Notes under the pieces: generated by a model
What the model was told of the DNA's origin: nothing
The model's database searches: none
Seen by the model: only the letters and a program-made list of their open reading frames with translations
From: Octopus sinensis
Lineage: Eukaryota
Direction of reading: 5' to 3'
NCBI RefSeq assembly: GCF_006345805.1
Contig: NC_043011.1
Span: 15,264,464 to 15,328,463 of the forward strand
Length of the DNA stretch: 64,000 bases
Program-made: the position numbers and the translations under genes
Shown: piece after piece, positions 42,607 to 56,245 of the stretch
Layout: the number at the start of each line of letters is the position of its first letter
Numbering within the stretch: position 1 is the first letter of the stretch

Positions 42607-43230
42607 AACAACAGTACCACCACCACCACCACCACCACTACTACGATCTTGTTTTAAATTCACTTGTTCATTGTTCTTCTCAGTCATCTCGAATAGCGAG
42701 ACAATTACAACGGTACACATCTGCAAAATTCAAAGGAAAAAAGGGGTTTTGTTACAATCTAATGAAAAACTACTCTGCCGGCTTATTTTCATTTCATCTC
42801 GTCTTTCAGTGTCTTCCTTCAATTTTGCTTCTTTTTCGTTTCCTTTCTTTCTTTCCTTCTTTTTTTTCTTACGTTCTTGTTCCGTCTTATCTTTACTTTC
42901 TCTTATCTTTTCTTTACTTTCTTTCCTTTGATGTTTTGTTTCTTTTCCTTTTCTTTCCTTTTCTTTTTTTTCTTTACTTTGTTTCTTTCCTTCATGTCTT
43001 TCTGTTTCGTCCTTCATCATTCATTATAAATTCTGCTTGTATATATTTTCCCTTCATTTGACCCTTTTTCCTTGTAATCTTACTGCTTACCTTCTATAAT
43101 CAGATGACCGACCGATATAATTGTGTTATAAATTATTTATTAGATCATCCTTCCGAACTAAAAATTAAAAAAAATCATAGTGTAATTGTAGTGTAATGTA
43201 GTCGTGTATAATATAAATATAACGATATTT

Positions 43231-43723
43231 GGATCTTTTCGGTTTGAACGGCAGTTTTTAACATAATTTCTAGGTAAATAAAAAATTTTAAACTTCGTAT
43301 ACTGGTAGAATGTGTTAAACTTCGTATACTGGAAGAATGTGTTTATAAAACATCTTTTTCTCTTGGATTTATTGAGAAAATTCTATAGTTTGTAAGATAT
43401 TTGTTGTTTTTTTTCTTCCATTTCTGCAATTTCAACCAATCACTGACGTCTATTGAGGTAAAAAAAACACATTCTGTGCCGTATGAATATGTCCCTCGTT
43501 TAAGAAACAGATTGGGTTTATTTACATTTGTGAAGAAAAAAAGATACCCTTCCCCCACCCCTAACCCTAACACTAACTAACTCTAACTAACCCTAGCTAA
43601 CCCTAATTAACCTTAACCCTAAAACAGATTGAAATGCAAGAGATCGATACTAGGGTCATAATTATGGGTGACAATTTCATATGACACCACTAGAAAAAAC
43701 TGCCGTTCTAACCGAAAATGTCC
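43231..43723. mobile_element. second copy of the Merlin-like MITE (opposite orientation)
   Basis: Same TIRs and interior as 7727-8156; 8-bp TSD cgatattt/tgatattt; CCCTAA repeats at ~43558-43622. Confidence 0.8.
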
Positions 43724-44317
43724 TGATATTTTTAATGTATGTGAGACCAATCCTGTATTAAGGAATTCTAAAAAATCTGTTGAAAAATTAATTGTCCAGT
43801 CATACATCATGTTCAACGTTCCTGTTGTAGTACTTGTATACAAATAACCATATTGTATTGTTAGTAGGTTTTTAACTGCTGTGTTGGAGGTGTTCTCGAG
43901 AATTTCATTATATTATATATCTACCTAATCTAAACGAAGCAAACAAACAAGAGTCAGTGGGGTGTGATTTGAAGAAGATTTAGATACTACTCCAAACAGG
44001 TAAATGATGACACGGGCGGTCCCTTCGTTTGCTACAAAAATACTGCCTGTTCATGAGAAGTGTAAGTTTTCTCTGTGAACTTAACCACAAATTCCATTTC
44101 AGCTGCCACTCATAAAAACATTCTCTAGAAATAAATCAATGTCAAAAAACCTTGTTTTCCTCGCCTCCATAAGTTTGACACTTCATGATGAACGCATGTA
44201 AACATGTTTTAAGGTATTTTATGAACTAATAGAGTTTTGCAAACAAATAATAAATAAATAAATAAATAAATAAATAAAGCGGAAACTAAAAATATTCAAA
44301 TGTCTGTAAAGTATATC

Positions 44318-44718
44318 TATTTCTTTATTACCCACAAGGGGCTAAACAGAGAGAGGACAAACAAGGACAGACAAACGGATTAAGTCGATTATATCGACCC
44401 CAGTGCGTAACTGGTACTTTATTTAATCGACCCCGAAAATATGAAAGGCAAATTTGAAATCGGAACGTAACGACAGACGGAATATCTATTTCTTTATTAC
44501 CCACAAGGGGCTAAATATAGAGGGGACAAACAAGGACAGACATAAGTATTAAGTCGATTATATCGACCCCAGCACGTAACTGGTACTTAATTTATCGACC
44601 CCGAAAGGATGAAAGGCAAAGTCGACCCCGGCGGAATTTGAACTCAGAACGTAACGGCAGATGAAATACGGCTACGCATTTCGCCCGGCGTGCTAACGTT
44701 TCTGCCAGCTCACCGCCT
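44318..44718 (-). mobile_element. SINE family A dimer
   Basis: Full unit plus 5'-truncated unit joined at ~44486; 20-bp TSD aaatgtctgta(a/g)agtatatc. Confidence 0.9.
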
Positions 44719-46321
44719 TAAATGTCTGTAGAGTATATCATCTTCTTGTGGAATGAATCCTGCTTGAGCAACAGAGGACGAATGAAGGAATGACTTCTTG
44801 ACAGTTTTCCCATCCGTCACGCAATGGTGACTGTTATTTGGTGCCAGGTCAACTATAAAAAGTAAACATACGATTAAAGGTATCTCAGCTTTTGAACACA
44901 CCATCATTTTAGGGGTATCTAGCAGTTCGTTAAACGTCGAGCAGAATACTTTACAATATTTATCCAAACTCCTTATGCTCTGATCTCAGTCCAACTGAAG
45001 TCAACTTCACATTTTAACCCTTCGAGTCCGATGAACAAGGTACTAGTCCAAGGTGTTGTAGTGAATCAACAGAAATGTTAGATCATCGCAAGGTGCGCTT
45101 TGTGGGACCTGACTATTCTGAGTTCAAGTCATACATCCTTTTGCTAGAAGTTGTGACACTTTTGTCAGGAATTGACAACATTTCTAAAAAAACAAAAAGC
45201 AACAAAATAACAACTCTATTCTACTATAGCCTAGGCAATAGTAGAATAATAGAAGAAATTTGCCCAAAGTGTCACGCATGGGACTGAATCTGGGACCATG
45301 AGGTTGCGAAGCAAAATTCTTACCAAGTTTGCCTCCCCCTATCTTATTGCATGTTATGTTTTCTCTATTCTTTTATTCTTTTGTTTGTTTCAGTCATTAG
45401 ACTGCGCCATACTGGGGCGCCGCCTTGAGACATCTTTAGTCGAATGAATCGAACCCAGTACTTATTTTTTTAAAAACCCGGTACTTATTTTATCGAGGAT
45501 GTAAACACATCAACATGAATTTTCGTGATGTTTTCATTTGTTCGGGAGGTCGACGCTCACCGTGAACGAAATTGGTCTTCAAGCGACAAGTGACCATTCT
45601 CAACGCGTGAAAACCACTTGTAAACTTGTTTCTTTCTCATGGCAGCGTTCCTTTAAGCTGTCTGAGACATGACAACTGTTTCAGCCGCCGTTCTCCCGAG
45701 CAGAAATTCAAAGGGGGCTGTAGCATATTAGCAGGTCACCGGAATTCAGTCAACGAAAAAAGATTTCCAATGATTCCTCTAGATAGGGGGTACAGTCCCC
45801 ACTTTTTCCGAGCAAAAATAAGGAGTTTGCAGCATATTAGGAGGTCAGGGTATTTGATTCCACGCAAAAGATCCGAGTGATTTTTTTTTCTTAGTGAAAA
45901 TCGTGTGGGTGAAAGGATCAAAATTTACCATAAATTCTACTCAAGTAAAAAGCTATATTGATTATAGACGTAATGAGCAGAACATCTCATTTTATTTTAA
46001 CCGTTGATTTTTTTTACACCAGGCCCAATCGAAGGCTAAACAACAGCGGCAGCAGCAAAAGTAGCAACAAATATATTTGGAAAAACTATTTCTCATTACT
46101 TGCAAGCACCAATGATTTTGAACCGTATTCGTTACCTTACCAGAGTAAATTTTGTTTTCTTATTGAGCAATGAAACATTAAATAAAATGGGATTAGTGAC
46201 AGCGAGATTTCAAATAATATTGACTAACATTGACTGCAGGAGTGGCTGTGTAGTAAGTGTCTTCTATAATAGTCCAGGGCCTCGTGAGTGGATTTGCTAG
46301 ACAGAAACTAAAAGAAACCCG

Positions 46322-46372
<51 letters not shown>

Positions 46373-46535
46373 TACGACGGGCTTCTTTCAGTTTCCGTCT
46401 ACCAAATCCACTCACAAGGCTTTGGTCGGCCTGATGCTATAGTAGAAGACACTTGCCCAAGGTTCCACACAGTGGGACTGAACCAGGAACCATGTGTTTG
46501 GTAAGGAAACTTCTTACCACACAGCCACTCCTACG

Positions 46536-46580
<45 letters not shown>

Positions 46581-47216
46581 GTATGTATTTGTGTGCGTGT
46601 CTCTTTGTGTCTGTGTTTTTTTGCCCCCACTAACGTTTGACAATCGGTTTTGGTGTGTTTACGTCCCCAAAACTAATGGTTCGGCAACAGAGACTGACAC
46701 AATAAATACTAAGCTTAAAACAGTAAGTTATGGGGTCAATTTGTTCGACTAAAACCTTTCAACGCGGTGCCCCAGCATGGTAGTAGTCGAATGGCTGCAA
46801 CAAGTAAAATCTAAGCACTGTAACGGATCTAAAATTCTTTCTTCCAATCTTGTTGTGTCTACGAACTTCTTCAAAGATAACATCATGAGAGAGAACCGAT
46901 AATCTGAATATGTTATATCGGAAAGTATTCATATGAAGCATTTTCGATAATATATCTTAAAGATACGATATATGTCTTCCTGTTTCGAGAAATACGACTG
47001 GGCAATTAGAAACACACACAACCACTTACACACATATATACGCATACATACATCCATAAACCCATATACACACATACACACACATGTCTGTGTGTGTGTG
47101 TGTGTGAGCGCCTGTGTGTATACATTTGAATATATGTATATGTATATATATATGTTCATGCACATGTATCTATGCGCGTGTATGTGTATATGAATGTGTA
47201 TGTGACTATATAAATA

Positions 47217-47260
<44 letters not shown>

Positions 47261-47587
47261 TATATAGTCACGTACACATTCATATACACATACACGCGCA
47301 TAGATAGATGTGCATGGACATATTCACACATATATTTATATCCAAAACCAACAGCAACAACACATATGCGCACAGTAGTACAAATGCGCATACACACATG
47401 TACACCAAATATACTGCACATTTATACACGCATGAGTACATACTTTGATGCATAAACACACTGAAACATGCATACATACAGACAGATGCATTTACACATC
47501 TCTTCACATTACACAAACATTCAACACTCTATCGTGGTATTATTTACAGCACCTTATCATAAATATTCCCTCTCTCTAGTACTAATA

Positions 47588-47627
<40 letters not shown>

Positions 47628-48938
47628 TGTTGTTGTTGTTGTTGTAGTAGTAGTAGTTGATGATGATGATGATAGTCTTTAGAGTTGTTGATAAATCTTC
47701 TGTATAGACTTTCGATATGGCCAAAGAAATAGCTACTGTTATCGGTTGTAGCTTGACAGACGCCTATTCTTGTTTATGAATTCCTCACCATATTAATTTA
47801 CGCCGATGGGAATTGGATGTCACGTAGGAATCCTTTTAAAGCTTCTCCGATCAGTAAAAGAGACAGAAAGTGATGGTGGGATGGACGGTGTATACCACTT
47901 TCTTCTTAGTACAGCCATCATCTACTTTTAAAAATAACATACGCATCTTTGATTATTTTTTTATCTATTCCTCTGGAAATAAGATATATGTACGCACATA
48001 TACATACACACATACATATATGTATATAAATATGTGCGTGTGTGAGTGTGTGTACACACATATACATATATATATATATACACATATATATATATACACT
48101 CATATATATATATATATATATATATTCATATACATATATATGTATGTATATATATATATACACATACATATATATATACTTATATATATACACATATAGA
48201 TACAGACAGACACATACACACACACATATATAACATATGTATGTGTATGTATGTAAGTGTAATATTGTTATTAAATGGTTATATCAGTTATTGGATCTTC
48301 CTATACTCACCCCTCTCACAGGAGTGTGTATAACCATAGTTATGTTTATACAAACTTATAGATGTAGAGATGTGGATATATACATCCATACAGCCACATA
48401 AACACATGTATAAATATACGTATATGTATACACATATGCACGTGTATATGAGTATGTAAGGACGAATAAATGCATATATATTAATGTTTTTATCACGTAA
48501 AAAAAAACACAAATACACAGACACACACACCACACACACACATACACACACATGTACGTCTGTATATATATGTATGTTGCTTAACTAGAGGCTCACAACT
48601 GCGTTTATTGATTTATATGTATATACGTTTTTCTTTAACATGTTCGTGTACATTCGGACGTGAAAAGACGTTCGCTGAGGAAACTGTCTCCAGAGAAACA
48701 TACACGCATGCATGCATACATACACACTTAAATATGTACATACATACACACACATTTATATATATACACACACTCTCACATATGCAATTCTAGCGAGGGA
48801 AAAGAATACTTCAGTAGGCTTCGGGAAGTATGGAAGTCAGAGCTGTCTGCGTTCAATAAAGCCGTAGCTAATAATGCTTTCACAGTGTCAGTGCTAGTGC
48901 TAACATTTGGAATACTAGGCAGACACTTGAAGAAATCC

Positions 48939-49352
48939 TATTTCTTTACTACCCACAAGGGGCTAAACACAGAGAGGACAAACAAGGACAGACAAACGGA
49001 TTAAGTCGATTATATCGACTCCAGTGCGTAACTGGTACTTATTTAATCGACCGCGAAAGGATGAAAGGCAAAATCGACCTCGGTGGAATTTGAACTCAGA
49101 ACGTAGTGGCAGACTAAATACCTATTTCTTTACTACCCATAAGGGGCTAAACAGAGAGAGGACAAACAAGGACAGACAATCGGATTAAGTCGATTATATC
49201 GACCCCAGTGCGTAACTGGTACTTATTTAATCGACCCCGAAAGGATGAAAGGCAAAATCGACCTCGACGGAATTTGAACTCAGAACGTCATAGCAGACGA
49301 AATACTGCTGACAATTTCGCCTGGTGTGCTAACGATTCTGTCTGCTCGCTCA
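48939..49352 (-). mobile_element. SINE family A dimer
   Basis: Junction aaatacc|tatttc at ~49122. Confidence 0.88.
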
Positions 49353-50052
49353 TCTTGAAATCCGCCACTTGGACATCAGGACAATGATGATACTAACAAT
49401 GAAGATAAATTCCACATCAACAACAGCAGTGACGGTATCGATGTTAAACGGAAGGATGGAAGTAAAGTGATGAGACGGCTTTGAGTATCACATCACTTAG
49501 ACCAACACCTACAGAAAAGTAAAAAAAAGAAATGAGTACATAATGTGTATACTCAGCAGCGAAAGTAACCATGAGATTAGGTGAACGACTCCTGAAACCT
49601 GAGTGCAGAGATGTTCCACGTGAACCAAGGGTAACTACTTAAACAGAAACCTAGTGCGAATTACTAGTCCTCTCAGCCGAAATCTATGCATGGATACAAA
49701 TTCTGTAATTTAGAGATTATCAATAACATTGACAGAAATAGTAACCTATCTGACATCTCAAAACTTTCACGTTACATCACATCCAAAAGTCTACAATTCA
49801 GCTATTCAAAAACAGGAAACATCTACTACAATATCTGATGAACGAGAGAGATAAGTATGCCTTAAGACTTCCACGTTGTGATAGAAAGTGTCGAAAATAT
49901 TACCGACATCATCTGCAGCTGTCAAAAGTTTCTGCAAGATACAATTTTCTCTGGAAAGATGAAATTGTCACTAAGTCTAAAATGCTATACGTTATATCTA
50001 TATCCAAACCTATAAAAATGAAATATACTAGTGGAACATTCAAATAAAAGCA

Positions 50053-50442
50053 GTGCCGGGCGAAATGCGTAGCCGTATTTCGTCTGCCGTAACGTTCCGA
50101 GTTCAAATTCCACCGAGGTCGACTTTGCCTTTCATCCTTTCGGGGTCTATAAATAAAGTACCAGTTACGCATTGGGGGTCGATGTAATCGACTTAATCCC
50201 TTTGTCTGTCCTTGTTTGTCCTCTCTCTATTTAACCGTTGTGGGTAGTAAAGAAATAGGTATTTCGTTTGCCGCTACGTTCTGAGCTCAAATTCCGCCGA
50301 GGTCGACTTTGCCTTTCATCCTTTCGAGGGTCTATAAATAAAGTACCAGTTACGCATTGGGGGTCGATGTAATCGACTTAATCCCTTTGGCTGTCTTTGT
50401 TTGTCCCTTTTATGTTTAGTCCCTTGTGGGCAACAAAGAAAT
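50053..50442 (+). mobile_element. SINE family A dimer
   Basis: Junction gaaata|ggtatttcg at ~50257. Confidence 0.88.
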
Positions 50443-51040
50443 ATATATGTAAAACAGGCTAGATACTGTATGTATGGGATAGAAAAAGGTCATGCTCTGC
50501 TGTGGAGATCTCCTAACGGTATGTGAGAATGTTTTGTCAAAAATTGGAGAAAATAAAATGTATGGAGAACAAAAAATGGAACAGCTCTTACATCGAAGCT
50601 ATAGATGTAAATTTTCTGTTATGATACATACATCAAGTTACGTGACGACAGGTATTCTCTATATGATGCTACGAAACGAAGATATGCACACAATCTTATA
50701 CACATATGGAGTACAAATACAAATACACGTACACACAGAAACACTAATGACTCACACACACGGAGAGACACGCATTGGTATACTAACGTGATATGCACAC
50801 CTACGTGAGTGTAAATTCCTCGACGCGCACTCACGCATACATGTACATGCATAAAATAGACTTCAGAGACTTGAAACCCTTAAGAGCTGTATTGACTTAC
50901 GCAAAACAGAGATTTAACACTTGGTTCTACGCTGGGAAAACATTAAGTTCCAAAGAGACATATAAAAATAAACATACATGCAAACATGCAAATACACAGA
51001 AACGTACGTATATGTACACATACATACATATATACACGCA

Positions 51041-51109
<69 letters not shown>

Positions 51110-51368
51110 TATATATATATACATATTTTAAGTTTCTATTACGGTACAGTAGATTATATATATAATCTACTGTACCGTAATAGAAACTTAAAAAAGATTG
51201 AGAAAGAGCTCAATCTAGTGAGAAATAAATATTTATTTCAGGGGCACCATACCTGTATATAAGCGCTACTAATAGATTTTCTATTAGTTCGTAATAATAT
51301 GTGGTTTGCACCTGTAGAAAATGTTTGAGATTTTCTCAACATATGAAATTATAAGTAGCGCTAAAATG

Positions 51369-51434
<66 letters not shown>

Positions 51435-51451
51435 CACACATATATATATAG

Positions 51452-51705
51452 TGAAGACGCGTGGCTTAGTGGTGAGGGTTTTCGGCTTACGATCGTAACG
51501 TCGTGAGTTCAATTCCCGGCTACGGGTTGTGTCCTTAAGTAAAGACACTTTATTTCACGTTACTAAAGTCACTCAGCTGGTAAAAATGAGTAGAACCTGT
51601 ATTTGAAAGGGCCAGCGTTGTCACACTCAGTGTCATGCTGAATCTCTCTGAGGACTATGTTGAGGGATACACGTGTCTGTGGAGTGCTCAACCACATAAA
51701 CGCTA
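51452..51705 (+). mobile_element. tRNA-derived CORE-like SINE (family C)
   Basis: A-box tggcttagtgg, B-box gagttcaattcc, gtgtccttaagtaaagacacttta. Confidence 0.75.
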
Positions 51706-51947
51706 ATTTCACAATCATCATCATCATAATCATCATCATCATCATCATCTATGTTCGCCATATTTTTCTCGTTGTTTACATATTTAACTCGTTTGTTTAC
51801 GTATTTCGTGTTGTTTGAAACGTTATATATATATATATATTATATATATATATATATATATGTAGGTCCCGGGTTGATTCGGGGTTAACCACAGTAAATA
51901 AGGTACTCAATACATAGCAGAGTAAAATTAATTTATTATATAGAAGG

Positions 51948-51998
51948 AGCTTCTACAGGACTAGAACTGTTTCATTCAAGAGAAATCATCAGGAAGCT
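51948..51998 (-). ncRNA. type I hammerhead ribozyme, intact core
   Basis: Reverse complement AGCTTC-CTGATGA-tTTC-tctt-GAAt-GAA-ACAG-ttctagtc-CTGT-A-GAAGCT; perfect 6-bp stem I, 4-bp stem III, GUA triplet. Confidence 0.85.
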
Positions 51999-52253
51999 AG
52001 TTAACAAGAATTGTATTGGCATTTATACATTTAGGCAGGTTTAAAGGGGTGGTGGTGGGGGACTTTTTGGGGTTAGGCATTCTTCTATATATTTTTTTAT
52101 TCTTTTATTTATTCTTTTATCTAATTTACCACTGACTCCTTGACCACTCCCCCAAGTATGATATTTTTGCGCATGCCTAACCCCAAAAAGTCCCCCACCC
52201 CACCCCTTTAAACCTGCCTAAATGTATAAATGCCAATACAATTCTTGTTAACT

Positions 52254-52304
52254 AGTTTCCTGATGATTTCTCTTGAATGAAACAGTTCTAGTCCTGTAGA
52301 AGCT
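52254..52304 (+). ncRNA. type I hammerhead ribozyme
   Basis: Same motif, with one G-U pair in stem I. Confidence 0.85.
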
Positions 52305-52319
52305 CCTTCTATATAATAA

Positions 52320-52354
<35 letters not shown>

Positions 52355-52721
52355 ATCTATATATATATATATATATAGGTAAACAGTAAAAATAATTACA
52401 GACATGGACAAGAACATGAAACACCACAGAGACGACACAAGAACCACAGGACGGGACATTCGAAGCCCTCAGTCATCAGTCAAGAACCAGATCATCTTAG
52501 CAATTTCGGCTGATTAATCTTGAGATTGCTCCGATATGGCCAGCCAGCCAAGGGAAATCTAAGCCAAGCGCATTAGATCCCCTGGAAGAAAGCTTCGAAT
52601 GTATACAACGCGAGGACGGAAAACGAACGAAGTACATAAAGAAAAATACAGAATACGTGACACCAATAAGAATACAAAAACGTAAAAACAATAACGGTAA
52701 AAATAATATATATATATAACT

Positions 52722-52905
52722 ACAACAATATAAAGAATGGCCCTAATAGGCCATTCGACTCACTAGAAAGAGCAGCCAAACTCAAACCGCTAAATAGTTG
52801 TAATTCTGAAATTGAAAGAGAAATAAAAACATTTAGCGGTTTGAGCTTGGCTGCTCTTTCTAGTGAGTCGAATGGCCTATTAGGGTCATTCCTTATATTG
52901 TTGAA
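52722..52905. repeat. inverted repeat (~74-bp arms, 35-nt spacer)
   Basis: caacaatataaagaatggccc...accgctaaat / atttagcggt...ccttatattgttg. Confidence 0.85.
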
Positions 52906-53114
52906 TGTATATTATATAGTCTTTGACTATCTTTTCCTTGTCACTAGACCGCTGGTAGCGGAGAATTTTTTTGCTACCCTAATATATATATATATATATA
53001 TAAATATATATTTTATATATATATATATAAATATATATGATTTTGATTTTTGATTTTTACAGTTTCAGCTAATGAGCTGTGGCCATGCTGGGGCACCGCC
53101 ATTTAAAATAAGTA

Positions 53115-53234
53115 ATGCTTACAGCACCTAGGTTTCCCAAGCGGTCACCCATCTAAGTACTAACTAGGCTCGATGATGCTTTACTTCAGTGATCGGACGA
53201 GAACCGGTGCTTTCAACGTGATATGGCCGTAAGA
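53115..53234 (-). pseudogene. full-length 5S rRNA-derived copy (dispersed)
   Basis: Reverse complement tcttacggccatatcacgttgaaagcaccggttctcgtccgatcactgaagt...agttagtacttagatgggtgaccgcttgggaaacctaggtgctgtaagcat; single copy, fused to a LINE tail. Confidence 0.9.
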
Positions 53235-55069
53235 TATATATATAGATCTGTAAAATAATATGTGACAATTATTCAATAGCCAATTATAGCCAATATTCTA
53301 TCTGTCTCTCTCTCCCCTCTTTTTCGCTTTCTCTCTCTCTCATTACTCACACGTGACCATCGGCCATCTTTCTTTCCCTCACGTGACCATCTTTCTTTCC
53401 TACACGGACGTTCTAATGTGTCGCGCTGAATCTCCCTGAGGACTACCTTGTGGATACGGATGTCTGTGGAATCCTCAACCACATAAACGCTAATTTCACA
53501 ATCATCATCATCATAATTTGAGGTCTCTTTCTTTCTTCTGTTATGTTACCGTGTTTCCCAATATATATATATATATATATTGGTGTTCAATTAAATAATA
53601 AATAATACATTAAAAAATATATATATATATAGGTACATAACGTCACCAACGTTTCAAACAACATATATATACATATATGTATATATATGTTGTTTGTATG
53701 TCTCCACTGTCATATTTTTGTTCCCAACTTAGACCTTCCATAAATCCTAAATTTTATTTAGAATTTATTGGAACATCTGTCTTTAAAGACTCATAATTTC
53801 GTTGAATGCTCGAAATTAGGAGTAGATAGACAGCCGACAACTGATGAAGAGTCTTTTCTCTGTGCTTACTTGCCCCGTTCTGCATATTATTTACTATTTA
53901 TACACACTCACACACACACATAGAGTATATAATTTGTATTTTTGGGAGTAGAAAAATATTTCTAAACTTTAAAAATTTTTATCTACGCAATGAAAAGATT
54001 CGCGTGAGTTTTGATTGTTTTATTGTAAATGAGACACCCATGGAAATGATACAGTGTTTGTGTTTCATTCTTTATCACTTGACCTAAAATAATTTGACTC
54101 TTTACATTTTCTTTCTTTAACAAATTAGGAACTAATTTGGTCATAGTGTCTTGTACTAATTTGTCAAGTTACGCTATGTCTGTAATGCTTTTGCTTCAAG
54201 TTCTTTGTTTTGCTTATAGAGGTTCCATCATCATTCTTATATATATTTTTGGAAGAAATGTGTATGACACTGTTATGCTGTCAACTATTATTTTTGTCCA
54301 TCTAATTGTATTCTATGTTGTGCAATATGCTATGTCATAATGGAATTTATCTTGTGATTTGATTGTTTCTATATGGTCGTATAGTTTGTGTATTCTTTCA
54401 TTTGTTTCAGTCACTTGACTACGGCCATGATGGAGCATCACCTTTAGTAGAAAAAATCGCCCCCAGGATTTATTCTTTGTTAACTTAGAACTTATTTATC
54501 GGTTGTCAAGCGATGGTGAGGGGACAACACAGACACACATACGTACACATACATATATAGGACAGGCTTCTTTCAGTTTCCATCTACCAAATCCACTCAC
54601 AAAGTTTTTGGTTGGTCCAAGAGTAAAGTTGAGGACACATGCCTAAGGTGCTATGGATTCAACTCTCCTCCCCTTTTCATCTAACCTCCTCCCGTCTCCT
54701 CTCTACCTCTTACACCTACTTCCTCCCACCCACCTCTCCTCTCTTGCTCCGACTCCTACTTCTTCTCTTCACTCCTACCCACATTCTCCCTTTCCCCGCT
54801 TCATCGTCACCCTTCCCTCGTAACCCCACCCACTCCTATACAATCAAACCGCGTATTCCCTATCCATTCCATTCCACCAACCCCGTCCCTTACACCCACT
54901 TCCACATACCTCACATCTACCCCACCCTCAGCCTAACACACACCCCACCCTTGCTTCCCCACTCTCGCCTCCCCCACCTCCCAACACCATCACACCACAC
55001 CACACATCACTACATCATACACTACCATACCACACAACACTACATCACATCACCACGCACACACTAGCA

Positions 55070-55440
55070 CTAACCACTTCCCAACCCCACATCCACACAC
55101 CTACACATACACACATGCACACGTCAAGGTCACCAGCCCTCTTCCACACGGACATACATACTCTCTTTTACACACGCACGCGCACCTTCGTGTTGGGATC
55201 ACCACTACTTTATTATCTCCCCTTTTTCCTAGCTCTTCTGTATGACCCTCTGTCCGGCATACGCCATCATAGATTGCTAGCCAGTACACATTCACTCCTT
55301 TTTCTTTCTGTGTTGCTTTCTCTGGAAGAGCGTAGGGTCGAAATGTTAAAGACTTTTTCAATTCCTGAGCGTTATACTAATACATCTGTTTGTTGTCTAC
55401 ATCACCTGTCTTCGTCTCTCGATTTGTTGTGAACTCTGCT
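55070..55440 (+). mobile_element. Penelope pLTR-like fragment with a degenerate HHR (~55317-55352)
   Basis: ..GGA-A-GAGC-gtag-GGTC-GAAATGTTA followed by cctgagcgttatactaataca, a motif shared with the 24243-24450 and ~41040-41105 elements; ends at (TA)n. Confidence 0.5.
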
Positions 55441-55460
55441 ATATATATATATATATATAC

Positions 55461-55517
<57 letters not shown>

Positions 55518-55803
55518 GATGCAGATATATAAGTGCAGTGTGCATTTAAACACATAAGAGATGGCCATAATAAGCAATAACATTATAACATATAAGCACG
55601 AGGCACGTTCTGTATTGCCTCGTATTTATATTAATCTTGGCTTCCTGCTGATGATAGCTGAGCCTAGCAAATTATTTTATATGCTGAAGATAACTTGAAT
55701 CCATGGTACAGGAAATAGATGGTAAATGTTTTTATTTTTCATTCCCTTTCGAAATTACCCCTAATAGTGATTTGGATTTTAACTACTCCTTCTGGTGGGT
55801 TAG

Positions 55804-56245
55804 ATTAATCGAGGTCAGAAAAGTGACAGAGTGTACTGGCTAGCACTTCTTTTGCTAAAACAACTCAAAAGCCACAAAAAGCACTCTCTTTATGACTGAT
55901 AAAGTGAGGTAAGTGCCCAGCGTTTAAATCGGATCGTGATTTCGGATTTTAATATAGGCAATCTTAATACTCGTCAACGATTCTTAACACTCAGGGTTAA
56001 ACTCAACTATCCCAGTCAGTCTTATAAGAAGAGCGGTGGAAAACTTGTGCTGGTTTTCAAAACGGTAAAAATATACACAACCAATTAGATAGGGTGGCTT
56101 ATTAACAATTAGAACGTAAAGGCAAAATTAATAGAGGTCAGAAAAGCGACAAATGGTACTCACTAGCACCGCTTTTGCTAAAACAACTCAAAAGCTACAA
56201 AAGTACTGTCTTAATGACTGACAAAGGGGGGTAAATCCCCAGCGT
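55804..56245 (-). mobile_element. 323-bp unit in 1.35 tandem copies with a degenerate HHR (55927-55982)
   Basis: 55805-55923 repeated at 56128-56245; reverse complement AATCG-tTGACGA-g...cc-GAA-ATCACGAT-C-CGATT. Confidence 0.65.

Larger units (their letters stand above)
48795..50660 (+). mobile_element. decayed R4/Dong-like (RLE) LINE remnant interrupted by SINEs
   Basis: KSELSAFNKAVANNAFTVSVLVLTFGI and DIRT...H......VKRKDG resemble the post-RT region of R4/Dong-type elements. Confidence 0.5.
51862..52321. mobile_element. foldback element with two divergent HHRs
   Basis: Arms at 51931-52080 and 52173-52321; HHRs at 51948-51998 (-) and 52254-52304 (+); (TA)n on both flanks. Confidence 0.88.

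Noticed and set aside
26948-50172. Recurrent ORF MRNWYLIYRPRKDERQSRPRRNLNSE
   Set aside because: Antisense reading of SINE family A; it recurs only because the SINE does
52378-52700. Probable Penelope pLTR fragment with CTGATGA and GAAA on the minus strand
   Set aside because: I could not assemble a consistent three-way junction, so no ribozyme is called
53115-53234. Functional 5S rRNA gene
   Set aside because: Isolated copy with (TA)n upstream and a LINE tail downstream; more likely retroposed
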